DNA of 64,000 nt, from positions 6,481 to 70,480 of the forward strand of contig JBBDHV010000039.1 of assembly GCA_040880725.1 (NCBI GenBank), read 5' to 3'. This stretch comes from Acidimicrobiia bacterium (lineage in GTDB: Bacteria; Actinomycetota; Acidimicrobiia; Spongiisociales; ZC4RG35). Below are positions 10,309-21,189 of this stretch, one piece after another. The position numbers were made by a program, and so were the translations under genes. The number at the start of each line of letters is the position of its first letter. Within the stretch, counting starts at the first letter, position 1. The notes beneath the pieces are model-generated. The model searched no databases and had not been told where the DNA came from. It worked only from the letters and a program-made list of their open reading frames with translations.

Positions 10309-12929
10309 GACAAGGCCCGACCAACCTCGTCGCGTGCCGCGTCGATGGCCGCCACGATCTGGTCGCCGTGCGGTCCGCCTGCCTGCGCCAACTCGGGATC
10401 TCGGGAGCCGCCTCCGCCGAGCACCCTCGCCGCAGGAGCCAGCAGGTCCGATGCCGAGATTCCGTTCGAGACGAGATCCGTGCTGACGATGCCGACCAGC
10501 GCCCCCTTGCCGCCCGACACCGAACCGAGGACGACGATCCCGGACTGCAGCCGATCGCGGACGCCCATCGCCAATTGGCGGAGCTGTTCGGGAGGCATCT
10601 CGCCGACGTCTGCCACAACGGTTCTCGCATCGCCGACAGTCTCCGCCTGGCCGGCGAGTTCGGAGGCGAGATCACTCCGCCGCTGGGCGCGAATGGCGTC
10701 GATCTCATCTTCGAGTGCTCCCACCCGGTCCATCAAACCCCGAATGCGTTCGGGAACGTCGGCGGCGGGTGCCCTGAGAAGGGATCCGGCGCGATCGAGA
10801 TGATCCCGGACTTCCACGAGGTGGTCGTAGGCGGCCTCTCCCGTGAGTGCTTCGACACGACGGATGTTGGAGCCGATCGAGGATTCCCCGAGGATGACGA
10901 GCGGTCCCACCTCGCCGGCGGCCGAAGTGTGCGTTCCGCCGCAGAACTCGACCGAGAACTCGCCGACCTTGACGACTCGAACGGTCTCCCCGTATTTGTC
11001 GCCGAAGAATGCGAGCGCTCCCATCTCCTTGGCGCGGTCTTGGGTGGTCACCTCGGTGTGAACCTGGTGGTTGGCGATCAGCCGGCGGTTGGCGTGGGCT
11101 TCGACCTGTTGGGTCTCTTCGTCGCTGAGCGCGGCGAAGTGGCTGAAGTCGAATCGAAGCCTTCCGGACTCGACGAGGGAGCCCGCCTGGGATGCGTGGT
11201 CGCCGAGCACGTCACGCAGCGCCCAATGCAGGACATGGGTCCCGGTGTGCGACTTGCGGATACGGTCCCGGCGGGGGCTGTCGATCACCAGGTCGGCGTC
11301 CTGGCCGACCCGCAGCGTGCCGGAGCGGATCTTGCCCCTGTGGCCGTGGAATCCCTGGACGGCGTGCTGGGTGTCGTACACGGCCACTGTCCCGGTGTCC
11401 GTCGTGATGGTCCCGGTGTCGCCGACCTGTCCCCCGGACTCGGCGTAGAAGGGGGTCCGGTCCAAGAAGATCTCCACCGCACGGCCCTCGTCGGCCGACT
11501 CCACCTGTTCGCCGTCGGCGACGATCGCGAGAACCTTGCCCGAGGTGGCGTCGACCTCGTATCCGAGAAAGCAGGTCGGCCCGGCGTCGTCGAGCACACT
11601 GCGATAGAACTCGCCGAGTGCGGCGGCGTCCCCGCCCTTCCAGTTCTTCTTCGCGCGCCGGCGCTGGGCCTCCATCTCGGCGGTGAAGCCTTCTTCGTCG
11701 ACGGTCGTCCCCCGCTCCGCGGCGATCTCCCGGGTCAACTCGATGGGGAACCCGAAGGTGTCGTGCAGCTTGAACGCGACCGAACCCGGCAGTTGCGCAC
11801 CCGTCTCGTCGAGTTCGGTGTCGAGGAGCTGATGACCGGATTCGAGTGTGCGACGGAAGCGCTCTTCCTCTCGGGACACGACGTCGACGATGAAATCGCG
11901 CCGATCCGCGAGTTCGGTGTACCAGTCACCGATGGCCCGCACTGTCGCGTCGACGAGTTTCGGGGTGACGAGCCCTTCGCCGCCCAACTGCCAGGCATGA
12001 CGGACTGCCCGACGGATGATGCGCCGCAGCACGTAGCCCCGGCCGTCGTTGGACGGCACCACGCCGTCGCCGATCAGAATGCTCATCGTGCGGCCGTGAT
12101 CCGAGAGGATCCGCAACGAGACGTCCACCAGTGGGTCGGTGCCATAGGTCACGCCGGTATGAGCCTCACCCGCTTCCCGAACCGGTCGCATCGTGTCGAT
12201 GTCGAAGCCGGACGGGACGTCCTGGAGGACCATGGCGAGGCGTTCGAGTCCCATTCCCGTGTCGATGCTCTTGGTTGGCAGCTCACCGATGACGTGATAC
12301 GGACGGTCCTGGATGTTCTGCATGAACACGAGGTTCCAGATCTCGATGAACCGTTCTTCTCCCCCTCCGATCGGGCCACCGTCCGGGCCGTGTTCGGGAC
12401 CGCGGTCGTAGAAGATCTCGGCGCATGGCCCGCACGGGCCGGGGACACCCATCTGCCAGAAGTTGTCCTTGCCGCCCCGCTGGATTCGGTCGGTGGGGAC
12501 GCCCACGTGGCGGTGCCACAGGTCGGCCGCTTCGTCATCGGTCTCGTACGCCGTGTACCAGAGACGCTCGGGATCGAGGCCGAACCCGTCAGTCAGGAGC
12601 TGATGTGCCCACTTCATGGCGTCCGGCTTGAAGTAGTCGCCGAACGAGAAGTTGCCGAGCATCTCGAAGAAGGACATGTGCCGAACGGTGGTTCCGATGA
12701 TGTCGATGTCGATCGTCCGGATCGACTTCTGGACGGAGGTGGCGCGGTCGAACGGCGCTTCCTCCTCGCCCAGGAAGTAGGGCTTGAAGGGCACCATTCC
12801 GGCGTTCACGAGCAGCAGCGTGGGATCGGTCGGGATCACCGAGGCCGACGGTCGGACCGTGTGCCCGCGCTCAGCGAAGAATTCGAGAAAAGTCCGTCGT
12901 ATCAAGGTCGCATCCATTGGATCGGCCAC
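10305..12929 (-). CDS. alaS: Alanine--tRNA ligase
   Basis: 874 aa with class II aaRS motifs, the HxxxH/CxxxH editing region, and a C-terminal DHHA1-like domain. Confidence 0.95.
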   Translation of the reverse strand: MADPMDATLIRRTFLEFFAERGHTVRPSASVIPTDPTLLLVNAGMVPFKPYFLGEEEAPFDRATSVQKSIRTIDIDIIGTTVRHMSFFEMLGNFSFGDYFKPDAMKWAHQLLTDGFGLDPERLWYTAYETDDEAADLWHRHVGVPTDRIQRGGKDNFWQMGVPGPCGPCAEIFYDRGPEHGPDGGPIGGGEERFIEIWNLVFMQNIQDRPYHVIGELPTKSIDTGMGLERLAMVLQDVPSGFDIDTMRPVREAGEAHTGVTYGTDPLVDVSLRILSDHGRTMSILIGDGVVPSNDGRGYVLRRIIRRAVRHAWQLGGEGLVTPKLVDATVRAIGDWYTELADRRDFIVDVVSREEERFRRTLESGHQLLDTELDETGAQLPGSVAFKLHDTFGFPIELTREIAAERGTTVDEEGFTAEMEAQRRRAKKNWKGGDAAALGEFYRSVLDDAGPTCFLGYEVDATSGKVLAIVADGEQVESADEGRAVEIFLDRTPFYAESGGQVGDTGTITTDTGTVAVYDTQHAVQGFHGHRGKIRSGTLRVGQDADLVIDSPRRDRIRKSHTGTHVLHWALRDVLGDHASQAGSLVESGRLRFDFSHFAALSDEETQQVEAHANRRLIANHQVHTEVTTQDRAKEMGALAFFGDKYGETVRVVKVGEFSVEFCGGTHTSAAGEVGPLVILGESSIGSNIRRVEALTGEAAYDHLVEVRDHLDRAGSLLRAPAADVPERIRGLMDRVGALEDEIDAIRAQRRSDLASELAGQAETVGDARTVVADVGEMPPEQLRQLAMGVRDRLQSGIVVLGSVSGGKGALVGIVSTDLVSNGISASDLLAPAARVLGGGGSRDPELAQAGGPHGDQIVAAIDAARDEVGRALS

Positions 12930-13001
12930 GGTACACGCCCCCGACTCGGTCTCCTGCGGGGTTTTGGGCTCACAGGGTCAGCGGATTGGCAGGCCGGCTT
13001 C

Positions 13002-13190
13002 TCAGCGCATTCGGATGAGGCGGCGTCTCGGCGGGCTGACGAGTCGTGCAACGAGGTCGAGTACGTCGGCGACCGTCAGCAGGGCCGCCGATTTCAGATC
13101 TCGCGCCTGGGGACGCCTGCGAAGGGCCCGAACGGTGACGACGCCACCGGTCACGAGGCCGGTCAGAAACCAGGAGAGGCGGTCCAGCAT
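13002..13190 (-). CDS. Small hypothetical protein (62 aa, possibly membrane-associated)
   Basis: Compact ORF that exactly fills the gap between the PQQ-dehydrogenase stop and the alaS start. No recognisable domain. Confidence 0.35.
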   Translation of the reverse strand: MLDRLSWFLTGLVTGGVVTVRALRRRPQARDLKSAALLTVADVLDLVARLVSPPRRRLIRMR

Positions 13191-13200
13191 CGACGCGATC

Positions 13201-14472
13201 TTACCCTTCGCGGACCCCGACGATACGTCCGATCTCGCCTTCCCAGGTGAGCACGTAGAGCTCTCCTTTCGAGTCCACCCCGAAGCTGTTGACCTGCCCC
13301 AGCCCTGTCAGCCATTCCGTGTGGTCGACGGCTGCGGAGCCGTCCCAGCGGAAGCTGCGCAACCAGCCGCCGCACCAATCGGAGTAGAGGTAGACGCCGT
13401 CCAACTCCGGTATCGCCGCACCCCGGTACACCCTGCCGCCCGTGATGGAGCACCCTTCGTCGTGGCTGTACTCATGGACGGGAAGCGTGAGATTCTCGGC
13501 GTCGGCATCACATCCCGATTGGAAGCATGTGGACGCTTCCATGCGGATCCACCCGAAATTCAGCCCCGGCTGGGACAGGGAAACGACGTTGATCTCTTCG
13601 AATCGTTCGTGGCCGACGTCGGCGATGTAGATGTCTGCTGTCGGCACATCGATCGCGAACCGCCACGGATTGCGCAGCCCGTACGCCCAGACTTCGGGAG
13701 CTCCCCCGCCTGCGACGAACGGGTTGTCCGCCGGGATCCCGTAAGGGTCGCCTGAGTCGACGTCGAGGCGCAGGATCGATGACAGGTGCGTCCCCGGATC
13801 CTGGGAGTGCACCGACGCCGCGCCTCCCTCACCGAGTGACAGGTACAGCATCGCGTCCGGCCCGAATTCGAGCATCCCCCCGTTGTGCCGCACGGTGGGT
13901 TTGTCGAAGGTCATCATCACCTGCTCGGTGTCCGGATCCACCGCGGCCCCGTCGGGGTCGGCGGTGAGTTCGACGAGCCGGGTGGTGTCCGCACCGTGGG
14001 AGTAGTAGGTGAAGATCCGTCCGTTCGTCTGGTATTCCGGGTGGAACGCCAGTCCGAGCAGCCCCTGTTCGATCCCTCCGGGATTCACTCGATCCCGGAG
14101 ATCGAGCCACGGTTCCTCACCGGGTGCGCCACTCGAGTCCAACTCCCACACGGCCCCGACGCGCTCGACCACGAACCGGCGATCGGATTCCGGCGGCGAC
14201 AGCAGGAGGACGGGTTGGCTCAACGCGTCGGTGACTGCCTCGATGGCGAGTCCGGTCAGCGGAGCCGGCGGCTCGGTCGTCGTCGTGGCGGCAGGCGTCG
14301 TCGTGGTCGTGGTCGGGGGTGCGGTCGTCGTGGGTGACGTGGTGGTCGGGGGCACCGTGGCGGTCGTGGGGGTTGCTTCGGTGGTCGTCACCGAGTCGCC
14401 GGCCGCGGTGCAGGCGGCCAGCGCGATGCAGAGCACCGAGAGGACTCGCGGGGGCGGCGTGCCGGCATTCAT
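13201..14472 (-). CDS. PQQ-dependent sugar (glucose/sorbosone) dehydrogenase-family lipoprotein
   Basis: Lipoprotein signal MNAGTPPPRVLSVLCIALAAC, then a Thr/Pro-rich linker and a beta-propeller with YGLRNPWRFAID and GLLGLAFHP motifs. The likely start is the internal ATG; the ORF-track start at 14709 is an Arg-rich extension. Confidence 0.7.
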   Translation of the reverse strand: MNAGTPPPRVLSVLCIALAACTAAGDSVTTTEATPTTATVPPTTTSPTTTAPPTTTTTTPAATTTTEPPAPLTGLAIEAVTDALSQPVLLLSPPESDRRFVVERVGAVWELDSSGAPGEEPWLDLRDRVNPGGIEQGLLGLAFHPEYQTNGRIFTYYSHGADTTRLVELTADPDGAAVDPDTEQVMMTFDKPTVRHNGGMLEFGPDAMLYLSLGEGGAASVHSQDPGTHLSSILRLDVDSGDPYGIPADNPFVAGGGAPEVWAYGLRNPWRFAIDVPTADIYIADVGHERFEEINVVSLSQPGLNFGWIRMEASTCFQSGCDADAENLTLPVHEYSHDEGCSITGGRVYRGAAIPELDGVYLYSDWCGGWLRSFRWDGSAAVDHTEWLTGLGQVNSFGVDSKGELYVLTWEGEIGRIVGVREG

Positions 14473-15593
14473 GTGTAGCGCGCCACTGTGACCGCGGTGG
14501 CGGCGCATGCCGCGTCGTCGAGTGCGATGCCCAGCCCGGGTGCACCACTCAGCTGGATGCGGCCGTCGCAGATGATGGGGCTCGTCAGCATGAAGTCGCG
14601 CCGTGTCTCCGTCCATTCGGGCGGGTCCAGCGGATACTCCAGGAAGGTCGTGCCGCCGGTGCCCGCAGTCAGGTGGGCGTTGGCCATCAGCGCCACTCCG
14701 CTCCCCCACGTGTGCGGGCTGAAGGTGAGTCCGCGGGCCCGTACCGCCTCGGCCACCCGGCGCAAGCCGCCGATGCCGCCGGTGACGACCGCGTCAGGCT
14801 GGTACACATCCAGCGCTTCGGCTTCCAGCATCAGGTCGAATTCATGCAGCTCCCGGGTCATTTCCCCTCCGGCGATGCGAATCCCGACCTCGGATCGGAG
14901 CTGAGCCATCCCGCGGTGGTCACCTCGATGAAGGGGCTCTTCGATCCAGTACACGTTGCGATCTGCGAGTTCCCGCGCGAACGGGAGCATCTCTTCGACG
15001 GTGGCGGGCGGGGAAGTGTCCCATGGCATGCGCCATCCCTGGTTGCAGTCGACCATCACCGCGATGTCATCACCGATTGCGTCGCGGACGGCATCCAGCA
15101 CGGCGAGGTCCCGGGTGGCGTCCCCACGTCCGAAGCGCAGTTTCAACGCCCGGAACCCACGCGCGACGACGTGTTGGGCGGCGATAACGGTCGCTCCGGG
15201 CTCGCGATGGGTGCCAAAGGAGGCGTAGAGCTGGAGGGTGTCGGTGTGGCCCCCCACCATCTGCCAGATCGGCTGGTCCGCCAGCTTGCCGGCGAGATCC
15301 CAGAGCGCCGTTTCGAATGGCCATGGTCTTCCGTCGAGGAACGCGACGTTGTCCAAGACCTTCGAGTGTCGTGCGAGGTCGGTGGCGTCGGCCCCGATGA
15401 ACAGGTGCTCGTAGTCGATCAGACCGCGCAGCGGGTCCCCGACACCGAATCCTTCGGCACCGGAGCTGTCGGTGACCCGGACGACGGCGACAGGAAAGGC
15501 GCGCCGTGGTTCGGGATCCCAGGCAGCCGGGAACGGCGGGTCGAGGCTGAGACGGTGATGGCTGACGACGATCGACTCGATCACGGCATCCAC
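14469..15593 (-). CDS. Mandelate racemase / muconate lactonizing enzyme family protein (enolase superfamily)
   Basis: KxK and Asp/Glu metal-ligand pattern (ALKLRFG...DCNQGW...EEP) of the enolase superfamily. The probable GTG start overlaps the upstream gene's stop. Confidence 0.7.
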   Translation of the reverse strand: MDAVIESIVVSHHRLSLDPPFPAAWDPEPRRAFPVAVVRVTDSSGAEGFGVGDPLRGLIDYEHLFIGADATDLARHSKVLDNVAFLDGRPWPFETALWDLAGKLADQPIWQMVGGHTDTLQLYASFGTHREPGATVIAAQHVVARGFRALKLRFGRGDATRDLAVLDAVRDAIGDDIAVMVDCNQGWRMPWDTSPPATVEEMLPFARELADRNVYWIEEPLHRGDHRGMAQLRSEVGIRIAGGEMTRELHEFDLMLEAEALDVYQPDAVVTGGIGGLRRVAEAVRARGLTFSPHTWGSGVALMANAHLTAGTGGTTFLEYPLDPPEWTETRRDFMLTSPIICDGRIQLSGAPGLGIALDDAACAATAVTVARYT

Positions 15594-16687
15594 GCCTCCA
15601 CGACGGACATCGCGACGGTTTCGATGTCCCCGGGGCCGATCGGTCGCGCATTGTTTCGGCACATCGGCTGATGGTCCTCGGCCCGCATCTCTTCGGCGAG
15701 GGCCTCGGCAGTCGGGCGCGACCAGCGGGCGAGTTCGTCCCGGAATCCGACGGCGGCGAGGAACTCGTCGAATGCGTCCGCCAGCCCCGCGACGCCCCCC
15801 GAGGTCCCGAGGGAAGCATCCAGACCCTCGTAGGTGTCCGACGCGTCCAATGTCCATTCGAGCCCGGCGCGGAGCCCGAGCATCACCGCGAGTCCGTGCG
15901 GGATCGTCACGATTGACGCCAGTGCATGTCCCACGGCGTGTCCGATGCCGGTTCCGCAGTGGTCGATGGCGACGCCGGCGGCACAGGCGGCACGCATCAT
16001 CTCTGTCCGCGCGGCGACATTCCGCGGAGTGTCGAGACTGGCAGCCAGTTGCAGGTGGATTGACGCCGCTGCTTCGAATCCGAGCGCTCTCATCTCGGTG
16101 GTGGCGCGCTGTCCGGTGGCTGCTTCGACGGAGTGGCAGAAGGCGTCGAGTCCGGCAGCCAGGGCAACGGGCCGCGGGGTGGTTGCAGTGAGCTCAGGAG
16201 CGAGGATCGCCAGGTCAGGTCGGAGCCGCTCGTCCCATGCCCATGTCTTGTGGCCTCGATGAGAGACGATCGCCGTCCTCGTGACTTCGGCACCGGAGCC
16301 TGCCGTGGTCGGCAGCGCGACCACCGCCGCACCCGGTGCGAACGGCTCGGCTGCTCGCAGTCGGGCCACCAGCCCGTCGGGATCGGTGATGAGGCGCGCT
16401 GCCAGCTTGGCCGTGTCGAGGACGCTTCCGCCCCCGACGGCGACCACGACATCCGAGTCGCGACCAGCGATGTCGCGGGCGAGGGCACCGACCGTCTCGA
16501 CGACGGGTTCACCGCCGGGGACGATGATGACATCGCATCCGAGCGCCTCGTGGACGATGGCGGTGCAGGCCGCCAACAGCACCGAGTCGGTGACGATGAC
16601 CGGCGACCGCCCGACGGGGCGGACCAGGCTCCCGATGTCGTCCGCCACCGAGTCGGTCGTCCGCACGAATGCCGGGAGCGGAATCAA
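15581..16687 (-). CDS. Iron-containing alcohol dehydrogenase family protein
   Basis: GGGSVLDTAK NAD-binding motif and the HxxxH metal site (HCGTGIGHAVGH) typical of Fe-ADH. Confidence 0.75.
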   Translation of the reverse strand: MIPLPAFVRTTDSVADDIGSLVRPVGRSPVIVTDSVLLAACTAIVHEALGCDVIIVPGGEPVVETVGALARDIAGRDSDVVVAVGGGSVLDTAKLAARLITDPDGLVARLRAAEPFAPGAAVVALPTTAGSGAEVTRTAIVSHRGHKTWAWDERLRPDLAILAPELTATTPRPVALAAGLDAFCHSVEAATGQRATTEMRALGFEAAASIHLQLAASLDTPRNVAARTEMMRAACAAGVAIDHCGTGIGHAVGHALASIVTIPHGLAVMLGLRAGLEWTLDASDTYEGLDASLGTSGGVAGLADAFDEFLAAVGFRDELARWSRPTAEALAEEMRAEDHQPMCRNNARPIGPGDIETVAMSVVEAWMP

Positions 16688-18012
16688 CGGGGAGGCTTTC
16701 CGAGCTGGGTGTCGATCCAGCGCAGGCGTTCGGCGAGTGCGGCCTCCCGTCCTTCTGCCCCGGGTCGGAACAGGGTCCCGTCGACGCCTTCGGGAAAGTA
16801 CTGCTGGGCGACGATGTGGTTCGGCCCGTCATGCGCGTAGGTGTATCCCGCCCCGTGGCCGAGTGTGCCTGCTCCCGCATAATGGGAGTCGCGGAGATGG
16901 GCGGGAACCACCGGGCTGGTGCCCTCCTCCAAGAGGGCCCGGGTTGCGGCCATTCCGGAAGTGAGTGAGTTCGATTTGGGGGCGATGGCACAGTAGACGG
17001 TGGCTTGGGTCAGGTGGAACGCTGCTTCCGGGAGTCCGACGTGCGCCAGAGCCTGCGCGGCCGCCACCGCCTGCAGGAGCGCGTTCGGGTCGGCGAGTCC
17101 GATGTCCTCGGAGGCCAGGATGAGGAGCCTGCGCATGATGAACTCGGGATCTTCCCCGCCCTCCAGCATTAGATGGAGCCAGTAGAGAGACGCGTCGACG
17201 TCCGAACCGCGCACGCTCTTGATGAACGCGGAAACGACGTCGTAATGGGCGTCGCCGTCCTTGTCGTAGCGGACGATGCGCCGCTGGAGCGCTTCGCCCA
17301 CGTCGTCGACTTCGATCGTGGTCCCGTCCCGTCCCAAGGTCAGTGACGCGGCGACGTCGAGCGCCGTGAGAGCATGGCGGGCGTCGCCGCCGGCGCGGGT
17401 GGCGAGGGCGGACAGTGCATCATCGGAGATCTCGAGGTGGTCGTTTCCGAGTCCGCGCTCGGTGTCGTGGAGGGCACGTCGGACGAGGTCGGCGATGGCG
17501 TCGTCGTCGAGGCGTTCGGTGCGAAACAGTGTCATCCTGCTCATGAGCGGCGAGTTCACCTCGAAGAAGGGGTTCTCGGTCGTGGCGCCCACGAGAATCA
17601 CCGTGCCGTCTTCGACTCCGGGCAGGAGGGCGTCCTGCTGGGACTTCGAGAAACGGTGGATTTCGTCGATGAAGAGCACGGTGCGGCGTTCGTCGGTTCC
17701 CAGGCGCTCTCGGGCAGCAGCCAACACCGCCCGGACGTCTTTCACGCCGGCGCTGGTCGCCGAAAGGGTCTCGAAGGCGGCGTCCACGTGATGGGCGATC
17801 AGTCGGGCCAGCGTGGTCTTGCCGGTTCCCGGCGGTCCCCAGAGCAGCATCGAAACGGGACGACCCGACGACACGATGCGCCGAAAGGCGGCGCCGGGTC
17901 CGAGGAGGCCGGGCTGGCCGACCACTTCGTCGATGGATCGCGGCCGCATCCGGGCGGCGAGCGGCGCGGCCGCCGCACGTCGTACCTCGGCTCCGGCGCT
18001 GAAGAGGTCCAC
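16684..18012 (-). CDS. rarA: Replication-associated recombination protein A (AAA+ ATPase RarA/MgsA)
   Basis: Walker A LWGPPGTGKTT, Walker B LFIDEIHRF, and the MgsA C-terminal domain. Confidence 0.9.
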   Translation of the reverse strand: MDLFSAGAEVRRAAAAPLAARMRPRSIDEVVGQPGLLGPGAAFRRIVSSGRPVSMLLWGPPGTGKTTLARLIAHHVDAAFETLSATSAGVKDVRAVLAAARERLGTDERRTVLFIDEIHRFSKSQQDALLPGVEDGTVILVGATTENPFFEVNSPLMSRMTLFRTERLDDDAIADLVRRALHDTERGLGNDHLEISDDALSALATRAGGDARHALTALDVAASLTLGRDGTTIEVDDVGEALQRRIVRYDKDGDAHYDVVSAFIKSVRGSDVDASLYWLHLMLEGGEDPEFIMRRLLILASEDIGLADPNALLQAVAAAQALAHVGLPEAAFHLTQATVYCAIAPKSNSLTSGMAATRALLEEGTSPVVPAHLRDSHYAGAGTLGHGAGYTYAHDGPNHIVAQQYFPEGVDGTLFRPGAEGREAALAERLRWIDTQLGKPPR

Positions 18013-18019
18013 GTCGGGC

Positions 18020-19777
18020 TCAGGTCTCCTCGTCGGCCATCGCCTCGGGACGCAGGCGGATTCCGAGTTCGGTCAACTGCGTCTCCTCCACCGGGCTCGG
18101 CGCGGAGGTCAGGGGATCGAGTCCCGTCTGGGTCTTCGGGAACGGGATCACGTCGCGAATCGACGTCTCGTTCTGCAGCACCATGACCAGGCGATCGATG
18201 CCGAATGCGAACCCCGCATGCGGTGGAGTGCCATACCGCAGGGCACGCAGGAACCACCCGAAGCGCCGTTCGGCGGCTTCGCGGCCGATACCGAGGATGT
18301 CGAAGACCTCCGACTGGATTTCGGGGTCGTGGATTCTCACCGAACCCGAGCCGAGTTCGATGCCGTTGACGACGACGTCGTACGCCTTCGAGGTCGCCTC
18401 CAGGGGGTTCTCGCGAGCGGTGGCGATGTCGCGGGGAGCCGTGAAGGGGTGGTGCGAGAACGTGATGCGCCCGTCCTCCTCGGCTTCGAACATGGGGAAG
18501 TCCACGACGCACAGAAACGACAGTTCGTCGTGGCCCGTCGGCCTCCCGAGCGCGTTGCGCAGGGTTCCGAGCACCGTGACGGCCGTCTTCCAGCCGTCCG
18601 CCACCAGGAGCAGCACGTCGCCGGGCGTCGCCGTGAGCGCCCCGACGAGATCCCGCTGTTCGTCCTCGGAGAGGAACTTGGCGACTGGCGACCGCAGCGA
18701 GCCGTCCGCCTCGACGACGAGCCATACGAGGCCTTTGGCTCCGGCGGCCTTGGCTTCGTCCGTGAGCGAGTCAGCCCGCGACCGCGGGAACTCGAGCTTT
18801 CCGGCGTTGATCCCGCGAATGGTGCCGCCGGACGAAAGCGCCGTGGAGAACACCCCGAACCCCGAATCGGAGAAGACCGAGCCGAGATCGACGATTTCCA
18901 TGCCGAACCGCAGGTCGGGCTTGTCCGAGCCGTACCGGTCCATCGCCTCCTGCCAGGTCAAAGTCGGGAAGGGCAGGTCCACGTCGACGTCCCGCACGGC
19001 TCGCACCGCGGCAGCGATCACTTCCTGTGCGACCGCGAGCACTTCGTCCTGACCCCAGAACGAGCCTTCGAGATCCAACTGGGTGAACTCGAGTTGGCGG
19101 TCGGATCGGAAGTCCTCGTCGCGGTAGCAGCGGGCGATCTGGTAGTACCGCTCGACGCCTGCGATCATCAACAGCTGCTTGAAGAGCTGGGGTGACTGCG
19201 GCAACGCGTAGAAGTTCCCCTTCCGCAGCCTGCTGGGCACGAGGACGTCACGCGCACCTTCCGGCGTCGACCGGATGAGGGTCGGCGTCTCGACTTCGAG
19301 GAAGCCTTTGGCGTCGAGCGTCTGGCGAATGGCAGAGGATGCCCGTGACCGGGCGCGTAGGTTGGCGGCCATCCCGGGGCGACGGAGGTCGAGGAACCGA
19401 TACTCCAGCCGCACCCGCTCGTCGGTGTCTGCTCGGTCATCGAGCATGAAGGGCAACGGGTCGGAAGGACTGAGGACGATGACCTCCGAGGCCCCGATCT
19501 CCACTTCCCCGGTGGGAAGGTCAGGATTGACGGTGCCTTCCGGTCGCGCCCGTACGACACCCGTCACCGACACGCAGTACTCCATCCGCAGTTCGTCGAC
19601 GACAGCGATGTCGGTCGGGTCGGCCACGACCTGGACCAGCCCTGAGGCGTCGCGGAGATCGAAGAACGTCACTCCACCGTGATCGCGGCGTCGCTGCACC
19701 CACCCGGCGACCATCACCGTGTCCCCGACACGGCTGGTGTCCATCGTTCCTGCGTGGGCGGTGCGGTATTCGTTCAT
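18020..19777 (-). CDS. aspS: Aspartate--tRNA ligase
   Basis: 585 aa, with an OB anticodon-binding N-terminus, a GAD insertion domain and class II motifs. Confidence 0.95.
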   Translation of the reverse strand: MNEYRTAHAGTMDTSRVGDTVMVAGWVQRRRDHGGVTFFDLRDASGLVQVVADPTDIAVVDELRMEYCVSVTGVVRARPEGTVNPDLPTGEVEIGASEVIVLSPSDPLPFMLDDRADTDERVRLEYRFLDLRRPGMAANLRARSRASSAIRQTLDAKGFLEVETPTLIRSTPEGARDVLVPSRLRKGNFYALPQSPQLFKQLLMIAGVERYYQIARCYRDEDFRSDRQLEFTQLDLEGSFWGQDEVLAVAQEVIAAAVRAVRDVDVDLPFPTLTWQEAMDRYGSDKPDLRFGMEIVDLGSVFSDSGFGVFSTALSSGGTIRGINAGKLEFPRSRADSLTDEAKAAGAKGLVWLVVEADGSLRSPVAKFLSEDEQRDLVGALTATPGDVLLLVADGWKTAVTVLGTLRNALGRPTGHDELSFLCVVDFPMFEAEEDGRITFSHHPFTAPRDIATARENPLEATSKAYDVVVNGIELGSGSVRIHDPEIQSEVFDILGIGREAAERRFGWFLRALRYGTPPHAGFAFGIDRLVMVLQNETSIRDVIPFPKTQTGLDPLTSAPSPVEETQLTELGIRLRPEAMADEET

Positions 19778-21129
19778 GATGCTCCTGATTCCAGTCGTCG
19801 ACGCAGCTCTCCTGCGGCGTCGACGACCGGGGTTTCGAACTGTTCTCCGCCGGCGAGGTCCTTCACGGTGACGGTCCCCTTCGTGCGCTCGTCCTCGCCG
19901 ACGATCAACGCGTACCGGGCTCCGATCCGGTCGGCGTGTTTGAGTTGTTTGCCGAGTTTGGACGGCTCGGGCGCGACATCGGTGTTCACGCCTGCTGCCC
20001 GGAGCTCGGTGGCGAGGCGGAGCGCCTGTGCCACGCCGGCGTCGTCCATGATCGTCACATACGCGTCGACCGACGTCGAGCCGGAATCGATGAGCCCCGC
20101 CTCACGGAGCTGCCAGAACAACCGCGTGAGACCGATCGAGATGCCCACACCGGGGAGACGGGTGTTCGTGTAGAGACCGGCGAGGTCTTCATACCGTCCG
20201 CCGGAACAGACCGATCCGATCGCGGGGTGGTCGTCGAGCGTGGTTTCGTACACCGTTCCCGTGTAGTACTCGAGGCCACGGGCGATCCCCAGGTCGAGCA
20301 TGTACCGGTCCTCAGGCAATCCCAGCTCGCCCAGCGTCTCGAACACGACACGCATGTCGTCGGCGCCGCGGCGGGCGCGCTCGTCGCTGCTGTCGAGACT
20401 GTCCAACAGCGCGATCGCTCCGGACGATCCCCGCGCCTGGGTGGCCACGAGTTCCAGCAGCCTCTGCGCAGTTCCGGAGCCGACGCCGAGTTCGACAATC
20501 GAAGCGGCCACGTCCTCGGCGGACCGCTTGGCCAGTTTGTCGATCTCCCGCAGCACGGCCGCCTGCCGGCCGGACTCGGCGATGCCCAACTGGGAGAGGA
20601 GCCCGGTCATCAACATCCGGTTGTTGAGTCGGATCGTGAAGGGTCCGACTCCGATCCGGTCGAACACGTCGTGGATCACGGCGGGAACCTCGGCGTCATG
20701 ACGCAGGCTGAGGGTCCCTCGGTCGATCACGTCGATGTCGCACTGGTAGAACTCGCGGAAGCGGCCCCGCTGCGGCCGCTCCCCCCGGTACACCCGCTGG
20801 ATCTGATAGCGCTTGAAAGGAAACGCGAGTTCGTTCTGGTGCTCTGCGACGTAGCGGGCGAGGGGCACCGTCAGATCGAAACGCAATGCGAGGTCGGGAA
20901 GGCCGTCGCGGTCGACGGTCCCGGTCGACTGCACGAAGTAGATCTGGCGTTCGGTTTCTCCCCCGGTCTTCGTCAGGAGCACCTCGGAACGCTCGAACAC
21001 GGGCGTCTCGATCTCGATGAAGCCGAACCGCTCATAGGTGGTTGCGATGACGTCGGCCATGCGCCGGAACGCCGCCTGTTCGGCAGGAAGAAGTTCGAGT
21101 ACCCCGGGCGGGGTGCGAGGGGTGATCAT
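19774..21129 (-). CDS. hisS: Histidine--tRNA ligase
   Basis: 451 aa class IIa aaRS. 4-nt overlap with aspS. Confidence 0.95.
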   Translation of the reverse strand: MITPRTPPGVLELLPAEQAAFRRMADVIATTYERFGFIEIETPVFERSEVLLTKTGGETERQIYFVQSTGTVDRDGLPDLALRFDLTVPLARYVAEHQNELAFPFKRYQIQRVYRGERPQRGRFREFYQCDIDVIDRGTLSLRHDAEVPAVIHDVFDRIGVGPFTIRLNNRMLMTGLLSQLGIAESGRQAAVLREIDKLAKRSAEDVAASIVELGVGSGTAQRLLELVATQARGSSGAIALLDSLDSSDERARRGADDMRVVFETLGELGLPEDRYMLDLGIARGLEYYTGTVYETTLDDHPAIGSVCSGGRYEDLAGLYTNTRLPGVGISIGLTRLFWQLREAGLIDSGSTSVDAYVTIMDDAGVAQALRLATELRAAGVNTDVAPEPSKLGKQLKHADRIGARYALIVGEDERTKGTVTVKDLAGGEQFETPVVDAAGELRRRLESGAS

Positions 21130-21189
21130 GAACGCGGTTGTCTCGTGTCGTCGGGTTGGACCGGGCGGAGGCTACTCGGGGGCCGGTGC

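Noticed and set aside
10266-13250. 994-aa plus-strand ORF
   Set aside because: It is antisense to alaS and the PQQ-dehydrogenase gene, with no recognisable motifs. Long antisense stop-free frames like this are expected at 70% GC.
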